Below, in pieces: positions 56,889 to 64,000 of a stretch of DNA of 64,000 nucleotides; position 1 is the stretch's first letter; the number at the start of each line of letters is the position of its first letter. The position numbers and the translations under genes are program-made. Location: the NCBI GenBank assembly GCA_963733195.1, contig CAVTCR010000062.1:283333-347332 (forward strand). Reading direction: 5' to 3'. The notes beneath the pieces are model-generated. The model was not told where the DNA came from, ran no database searches, and saw nothing but the letters and a program-made list of their open reading frames with translations. The stretch is from an uncultured delta proteobacterium (GTDB lineage: Bacteria > Desulfobacterota > Binatia > Bin18).

Positions 56889-58140
56889 ATGCCGAAGTTC
56901 GGTCTGACCATGACCGAAGGAACCATCCAAAAGTGGTTCAAGAATGAAGGGGATGCGATCAAAGCTGGCGAGGCGATCTTTGAGGTAGAAACAGAAAAGG
57001 TGCTCTACGAAGTGGAGTGTTCGGCAACTGGAACAGTAGCGAAGTTGCTCTATCCGGTTGAGGCAGTGGTCGCGGTTGGACTGCCAGTTGCCGTCATTGC
57101 CGAAGCTGGTGAGAACGTCGCCGAGGTCGCCGCTCGGTATGGTGGTGGAGCGCCAACTACACAAGCTGCAGCGGCTTCGTCTGTTGCCGCAGCACCAGTG
57201 CTGCAAGTGCCGCACCAGCAGCCGCATCAGCCAGTGGCCGGAGAGAAGGTGCACCTGTCACCCCTGCCGCCCGTAAGCTCGCGCAAGAGAATGGCATCGA
57301 CGTCTCACAGCTTGTTGGCACAGGGCCAGGAGGTCGCATCACGCGCGAGGATGTCGAGAAAGCTATTGCTGATCGTGCGAAAGCACCTGCCCCGACCGCG
57401 GCTCCGGCAGCAGCTCCAGCGGCTGCACCTGCACCACGCCCGCTGCAGCACCAGCTCGCAGGGGACAGAGCATCCCGCTCCGTGGCATGCGCAAAGTCAT
57501 CGCCGAACGCATGCATAAAAGCCTGCAAGGAAGTGCGCAGCTCACGATTACGACAGAAGTCGATGTCACGCAGTTAATTGATCGCCGTCAGGAAGTGCAA
57601 CGCGAGTTCAACGCAACATACACAGACTTCATCGTCCAAGCCTGTGCTCATGCACTCAAACAACATCCTCGGATGAATTCCACCCTCGACGGTGAGACGA
57701 TCCGTCATCTTGAGCAGGTCAGTGTCGGCATCGCGGTTGCCTTGGAGGAAGGATTGATTGTCCCGGTAGTTCCGAATACAGACAAAAAATCACTGAAAGA
57801 GATTGCCCAAGAAGCACGGGCGTTAGCCGAGAAAGCTCGCGCTGGAAAACTCACCTTAGAAGAGGTCTCCGGCGGGACGTTTACCGTGTCCAACCTCGGT
57901 ATGTTTGGTATCGATGGCTTCACGCCGATCATCAATACACCGCAGATTGGCATTCTCGGGGTAGGACGCATTGTTGAGAAGCCGATCATTTATCGTGGTG
58001 AAATTGCAAAACGTTCAATGATGGTGCTGAGCTTAACATTCGATCATCGTATCATCGATGGTGCACCAGCTGGCGCGTTCTTACAAACCGTCGCCGACTT
58101 GCTGGCGCATGGGAATCGGATTTCGTTGGACGCGCGATAA
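56889..58140 (+). CDS. Dihydrolipoamide acyltransferase E2 component (lipoyl domain, PSBD, catalytic domain), with two apparent frameshifts in the Ala/Pro-rich linkers
   Basis: The lipoyl domain ([11 protein letters not shown]) is in frame 0, the PSBD ([31 protein letters not shown]) in frame 2 and the catalytic domain (DHRIIDGA) in frame 1. Confidence 0.75.
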
Positions 58141-58692
58141 GAAGCAAGAAGCGGAGAACCGGCGACGGGAGGAATCGGAGAAGAATTCTTTTTGCCTTTA
58201 CTCTCCGTTTCTCCGCTTCCCCGGTTCCTCCAACGGAGAATTGCTGGAATTTGCATTACTTGACTCTTTGTTGTTTCTTCCGCGTCCTCGCGACAGGTCT
58301 CCCCGCCCCCTGTTTGCGTTCTTTTCGTTCGGCTAGCAGCGACTCCCAGTCGATGAGGACCAGAGAGTCTTCGGGCGGGCTAGATTCGCAGTCGTAGCGA
58401 TAAAGGAACTTACGAAAGTCCCATGTTGCCTCTGATAGGCACTGAGCCTCCGGTCGATTTCTCTGGGGGTAAGAACTGAGTAATTGATCCTGCGCTCACC
58501 CTCGGTTCCGCTAATGACCACAATACGACTCATCGGATACTCTGTTCTTGAGACACCCCTCAATATCTCAGAATCAGCGTGAGCCAGCAAGCCTGACTCT
58601 GCGAAGATCTTTCTCATTGACAACGGCAATGAGTCGGCAGGATAATCACCTGCAGAGAGGAGGAGCGATGCCTGCCCAGACGCCCAGTCGGC

Positions 58693-61099
58693 ATGGAGCG
58701 CAAGCTGGCGGCGATCTTCAGCACCGATGTCGCCGGCTACAGCCGCCTCATGGGGGACGATGAAGAAGCCACCATCCGCACCCTCACCGCCTATCGTGCA
58801 CTGATCTCCTCTCTGATCCAGCAGTACCGTGGCCGCGTGGTCGATGCGCCCGGTGATAATCTGCTGGCCGAGTTCGCCAGTGTGGTCGATGCCGTGCGCT
58901 GCGCGGTCGAGATTCAGCACGAACTCAAAGTGAAGAACGCCGAGTTGCCTGAACATCGGCAGATGCAGTTTCGCATCGGCATCAACCTGGGCGATGTGAT
59001 CGTCGAAGGCGAACGGCTCTACGGGGATGGGGTCAACATCGCCGCCCGGCTGGAAAGTTTGGCCGATTCCCGGCGGCATCTGCATCTCCGGCACGGTCTA
59101 CGACCAAGTCGAGAACAAACTTGCGCTGAACTATGAGTATCAGGGCGAGCAGACGGTCAAGAACATCGCCAAGCCGGTGCGGACGTATCGGGTCGTGATG
59201 GATGAAGCCGCAGCAGCCCTGGTCGAGCAAGCCGTGCTTCGACAAGCTCAGCACGAACGGATACCGACACCGGGCACTCTGAGCCCTTCACAACTGTCCT
59301 GGAGCGAAGCTCGTAGGGCGGGCTTTGCCCGCCGAAAATGGACGATGGTGGCTGTGGCTGGCCTGCTGCTCATCGCGGCAGCAATCGTCGCTGTCCGCTA
59401 TTTTTCCTTCTCCACCCCTAACCCCCAACCCCCAACCCCTAGCACCCAGAGCCGCGCCTGCGGCGCTTGCCGCTGCCCGACAAACCCTCCACTCGTCGTC
59501 CTGCCCTTCGTCAACATGAGCAAAGACCCCGACCAAGAGTACTTCAGCGACGGCCTCACCGAAGTGCTCACCGGCGATCTCTCCAAGATCTCCAGCCTGT
59601 TTGTCATCGCCCGCAACTCCGCCTTCACCTACAAAGGCAAGGCGGTGAAGGTGCAAGACGTGGGACGGAGATGGGCGTGCGCTACGTGCTGGAAGGCAGT
59701 GTGCAGAAAGCTGACCAGCAGGTGCGGATCACCGCGCAGTTGATCGAGGCGACGACCGGCTATCACCTGTGGTCCGAGCAGTATGACCGGCCACTCAAGG
59801 ATATCTTTGCCCTGCAAGACGAGATCGTGCAGAAGATCGTGACGACGCTGAAGCTGCAGCTCACGTTGCAGGAGCAAGGGTACATCGTGCGCAAACACAC
59901 GGACAACCTGGAGGCCTATGATGCCTTCTTGCGCGGGGTGGAGTATTTTTGCCGCTTCACGAAAGAGGCCAATGCCCAGGCGCGGCAGACTGTTTGAGAA
60001 AGCCATTGCCCTGGACCCGCAGTATGCGGAGGCGTACGCGTGGCTGGGTGGACCTACTGGCTGGAGTGGGTCTTGCGCTGGAGTGCGGACCCCCAGACCC
60101 TGGAGCGGGCGTTGGCGCTGGCGCAACAGGCCGTTGCCCTGGACGACTCCCTGCCTGTGGCCCATTCGCTCTTGAGCAATGTCTATGCGCAGAAACAGCA
60201 GTATGACCAAGCCATCGCGGAAGGGGAACGGGCGATCGCCCTCGATCCCAACAATGCCGACAGCTATGCATGGCAGGCGGAGGTGCTGAACTTCGCGGGC
60301 AGGCCAGAAGAAGCCCTGCGGATGGTGGAGCAGGCGATGCGGCTCAACCCCCGCTATCCGCCCTGGTACTTATTCGAATTGGGCTGGGCCTACCGCTTGA
60401 CCGGGCGGTATGCCGAGGCGATCGCCGCGCTGAAGGAAGCTCATCAGCCGGAACCCCAATTTTCTGGCTGCCCACCTTCACCTGGCTGTCAGCTACTTGT
60501 GGCAGTGGGTCTCTCAACAGAGCCCGGCTGCCCAGACGTTGGAGCCGGCAGTGGCGGCGGTGCAACGGGCCCTGGCCCTCAATGACTCCTTACACTGGAA
60601 CCACATAGTCTTGGGCTATATCTATCTCTACCAACAGCAGTATGAGCAGGCCCTGGCGGAGATGGAGCGGGCCGTGGCCCTCGCTCCTACCGAGGCGGGG
60701 AGCTATGCGGCTCTGGCTGAGGTGCTGAGCTGTGTGGGCAGGACGGAGGACGCCCTGGAGGCCGCCGCACAGGCGCTGCGCCTGAAGCCCGTATGTTGCG
60801 GACGACCACTTAGACAGCGTCGGCACTGCCTATGCGGTGGCCGGGCGCTACGAGGAGGCGCATTGCCCCCTTGCAGCGAATATCTCAGCCGCTACCCCAA
60901 CATTCTGCCTGCCCATCTCATGCTGGCAGCGGTCTACAGCGAGTTAGGCCAAGCCGCCGAGGCGCGGGCGGAGGCCGCGGAAGTGCTGCGGCTCAATCCC
61001 AAGTTCTCACTGGAAGTTCACAAGCAGCGAATGCCGATCAAAGATCCAGCGGTGTTGGAGCGGCATATTGCGGCGTTGCGCAAGGCGGGGCTCAAATAA
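58693..61099 (+). CDS. Adenylate/guanylate cyclase (class III CHD) fused to a TM segment and TPR repeats, with at least four frame disruptions. Possibly a pseudogene.
   Basis: The CHD region is [58 protein letters not shown]. Then, in shifting frames, follow a TM helix, a conserved [28 protein letters not shown] block and multiple TPR units. Confidence 0.6.
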
Positions 61100-61160
61100 T
61101 GAAGAATGATGAATGAAGAATGAAGAATGAAAAATGATGAATGAGCGATAATGAATGCTG
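61098..61160. repeat. Heptamer tandem array (GAAGAAT/GATGAAT)x8
   Basis: atgaagaatgatgaatgaagaatgaagaatgaaaaatgatgaatgagcgataatgaatg. This is the reverse complement of the family at 8656-8709. Confidence 0.85.
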
Positions 61161-61266
61161 AGGAAAGGCAAGATTCCTACAAGTCAAAGGGATAGAACCT
61201 CATTGACGCCAATAGTCTGGTTTGGGACGATGGTGCGAGCGCCTTTTCTATGGAGCGTCACGTTTA

Positions 61267-61548
61267 ATGCAAAAGAAATCTGAACAGCGAAAAGAAATAG
61301 GGAAATACATTGTCGCCGATCCTCGGATTTGTCATGGAGAACCCACCTTTCAGGGGACACGGAAGCTTGTCCGCGACTGTATCGAGATGGCAGCGAACGG
61401 CCTGACGATCGACGAACTCGCTAGCCGCGCCAACCTCCCTCGCGAGGCTATTGTTGAAGCTCTGCATTTTGCGGCGGACGTCTTGCAGCGCCATTATACT
61501 GACCGCTCTGTTGCTCCTTCTCGCGCCCGAGAACAGCTGAGCGCCTGA
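61267..61548 (+). CDS. DUF433-family small protein (antitoxin-like partner)
   Basis: Carries the DUF433 hallmark IVADPRICHGEPTFQGTR. About 93 aa from MQKKSEQ. Confidence 0.6.
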   Translation: MQKKSEQRKEIGKYIVADPRICHGEPTFQGTRKLVRDCIEMAANGLTIDELASRANLPREAIVEALHFAADVLQRHYTDRSVAPSRAREQLSA

Positions 61549-61550
61549 GC

Positions 61551-61937
61551 ATGAGCCGCCACGTTCTTGATGAACTCTTTGATGAGTCCATCTATGAACA
61601 ATTAAAGGCTCGACGAATTGCCATTGATAAGGTCGGAGCAGGATTCGGAAGAACTGGTTGGTTAGATGAACATATCCTGCAAGCCCTTCATGGCAGCGGA
61701 AAGACGTTGCATACCCGAGATCGTGGCTTCTACCGCCGCTCTCGTGCTCATCCCTCTTACTGTGTTGTGTACTATGATGTTCCTCTCGCGGAAATGGTTG
61801 CCTCTATTCGCCGTTTTCTCCGACACCCTCAGTTCAATACGCATGCGAAGCGATTAGGAAAGGTAATTAAAGTCACAGGTCAACGTATTGAGTTCTGGCA
61901 GCGAGATCGCTCCACGAAATCAGTGCTTCGTTGGTAG
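61551..61937 (+). CDS. DUF5615 / Mut7-C-like PIN-fold protein (toxin-like partner of DUF433)
   Basis: 128 aa. Sits 3 bp after the DUF433 gene. Has PIN-like acidic residues (LDELFDE..TRDRGF). Confidence 0.5.
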   Translation: MSRHVLDELFDESIYEQLKARRIAIDKVGAGFGRTGWLDEHILQALHGSGKTLHTRDRGFYRRSRAHPSYCVVYYDVPLAEMVASIRRFLRHPQFNTHAKRLGKVIKVTGQRIEFWQRDRSTKSVLRW

Positions 61938-62110
61938 AGGAAAGCTAGGAACGGCCTGCGGCCTTATCCCGGCCTACGGCCTGGTGCGCCACAAGCAGCA
62001 AGCTACTCGTGCATTTGCTTAAGCACCGACAAACAAATCATCAGAGCGCTCGGCGCAGAACCGTTGACAAGTAGGAGGAAACGAAAGGATAATACCCCGA
62101 TAAGGGGGCG

Positions 62111-64000
62111 TTGATGTCCACTCACACCTCTACAGTCGGCATGTCGCGCAAGCTGGCGGCGATCTTCAGCACCGATGTCGCGGGCTACAGCCGTCTCATG
62201 GGGGACGATGAAGAAGCGACTATCCGTACCCTCACGGCCTATCGTGAAGTGATCTCCTCTCTGATCCAACACTACCGGGGCCGCGTGGTCGATTCTCCCG
62301 GTGATAATCTGCTGGCCGAGTTTGCCAGTGTGGTCGATGCCGTGCGTTGCGCGGTTGAGATTCAGCAAGAACTCAAGAGTCAAGAACGCCGAGTTACCTG
62401 ACCACCGGCAGATGCAGTTTCGCATTGGCATCAACCTGGGCGATGTGATTGTCGAAGGCGAGCGACTCTATGGCGATGGCGTCAACATCGCCGCGCGGCT
62501 GGAAAGTCTAGCGATCCCGGTGGGATCTGCATCTCCGGCACGGTCTACGACCAAGTCGAGAACAAACTGCCGCTCAACTACGAATATCAGGGTGAGCAGA
62601 CGGTGAAGAACATTGCCAAGCCGGTGCGGGTGTATCGGGTGGTGATGGACGAAGCCGAAGCACCCTAGCAGAGCGATTCGGCAAGTCAAAAGGCAAAGAG
62701 CGTCAGACAACAGTCCAGTGCAGACCCAAGCCTCAAGAGCGTAGGGCGGGCTTTGCCGCGCCGAAAAGGGTACGATGGTGGCAGTGGCGGCTGCTGCTCA
62801 TCGCGGCGCATATCGTGACTGTTCGGTATTCTTTCTCCGTCCCCTACTCAGTCCTCAGCCCTCAGTCACTCAGTTACTCAGAGCCGCAGCCGCGGCGCTT
62901 CCGCTACCCGACAAACCCTCCATCGTCGTCTTGCCCTTCGTCAACATGAGCAAAGACCCTGACCAAGAGTACTTCAGCGATGGCCTCACCGAAGTGCTGA
63001 CCGGCGATCTCTCCAGCATTTCCAGTCTCTTTGTCATCGCCCGCAACTCCGCCTTCACTTACAAAGGCAAGGCGGTGAAATGCAAGACATCAGGAAAGAG
63101 CTGGGCGTGCGCTATGTGCTCGAAGGCAGCGTGCAGAAGGCCGGCCAGCAGGTGCGCATCGTCGCACAGTTGATCGACACGACGACAGACAGTCACCTGT
63201 GGTCCGAGCGGTACGATCGGCCATTCAAAGATATCTTTGCCCTGCAAGACGAGATCGTGCAGAAGATCGTGACCACGCTGAAACTGCAACTCACCTTGCA
63301 GGAGCAAGGGTACATGCGTGCGCAAACATACGGACAACTTGGAAGCTTACGATGCCTTCTTGCGTGGGATGGAGTATTTTCTGCCGCACCACGAAAGAGG
63401 CCAATATCCAGGCGCGGCAGATGTTTGAGAAAGCTATTGCCCTGGACCCACAGTATGCCGAGGCGTACGCGGTGCTGGGTTGGACCTACTGGCAGGAGTG
63501 GGTCTTGCGCTGGAGTGCAGATCCTCAGAACTTAGAGCGAGCGTTAGCGCTGGCGCAACAGGCTATTGCCCTAGACGACTCCCTGCCTGGAGCCCATTCG
63601 GCTCTTGAGCTAATGTCTATAGGCGAAACAGCAGTATGACCAGGCCATCGCAGAAGGGGAACGGGCCATCGCCCTCGATCCCAACAATGCCGACAGCTAT
63701 GCAAGTCAGGCGACTGGCGCTGAACTTCGCGGGCCGGCCCGAAGAAGCCCTGCGGGCGGTGGAGCAGGCGATGCGTCTCAATCCCCGCTATCCGCTTCTG
63801 GTACTTATTCGACATGGGCTTGCCTACCGCTTGACCGGGCGGTATTCCAAGGCGATCGCCACCCTGAAGGAAGCCATCAGCCGGAACCCCAATTTTATGC
63901 CTGCCCACACTAACCTGGCTGGCCAGCTACTGGTTGCAGTGGCTCTCTCAACAAAGCCCCGCTGCCCAGACGTTGGAGCTGGCTGGAGGCGGTCGCAACG
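62111..64000 (+). pseudogene. Second adenylate cyclase-TM-TPR paralog (3'-partial), with frameshifts and an in-frame stop
   Basis: Near-identical N-terminus ([34 protein letters not shown]). Frameshifts lie inside the CHD and just after it. The sequence after ..VVMDEAEAP ends in TAG where paralog 1 continues. The TPR region is also shifted. Confidence 0.6.

Overview
This is a 64-kb chromosomal window from a Gram-negative, moderately GC-rich bacterium. The gene content (LPS core and transport genes plus sigma-54) argues against a cyanobacterium. Most of the window is housekeeping and syntenic.

Ordered inventory:
- 1-1800: a secreted repeat-domain protein that is partial at the 5' end and frameshifted.
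- 1822-7065: mgtE and two tandem GT39/ArnT-like membrane glycosyltransferases.
- 7168-10552: two small hypothetical genes, a short MutY-like glycosylase and a trans-sulfuration PLP enzyme.
- 10714-18650: a frameshifted outer-membrane barrel gene and a CzcCBA-type heavy-metal RND efflux operon, with czcB and czcA frameshifted.
- 18893-20639: a paralogous secreted repeat protein.
- 20801-29435: the conserved block kdsB-pyrG-kdsA / lptC-lptA-lptB-rpoN-ptsN-rapZ-npr.
- 29626-36472: metK, ahcY, an AmiC-like amidase and glnD.
- 36469-40212: xerD followed by a degenerate IntI-like integrase fragment, then two possibly acquired genes (an LLM oxidoreductase and a MetE-like protein).
- 40404-45894: a convergent Zn-ADH and an orphan meaB, then a crotonase (frameshifted), a CoxE-like VWA protein and a chlorite-dismutase-family protein.
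- 45993-52136: a SnoaL-like gene (frameshifted) and two tandem full-length uvrA paralogs joined by heptamer repeat arrays.
- 52354-58140: a CNNM/CorC transporter (frameshifted), a four-helix-bundle (23S IVS family) gene flanked by inverted repeat arrays, and pdh/aco E1alpha-E1beta-E2 (E2 frameshifted).
- 58693-64000: two tandem decaying adenylate cyclase-TM-TPR paralogs separated by a DUF433 / PIN-like toxin-antitoxin pair.

Three features cut across the whole window:
- Several families of heptanucleotide tandem repeats (STRR-like) occur in intergenic regions and, in frame, inside kdsB, a uvrA, the VWA gene and the cnnM 3' end.
- Apparent frameshifts are concentrated in a subset of genes.
- Short dispersed hairpin repeats occur at two loci.

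No tRNA, rRNA or CRISPR was detected.
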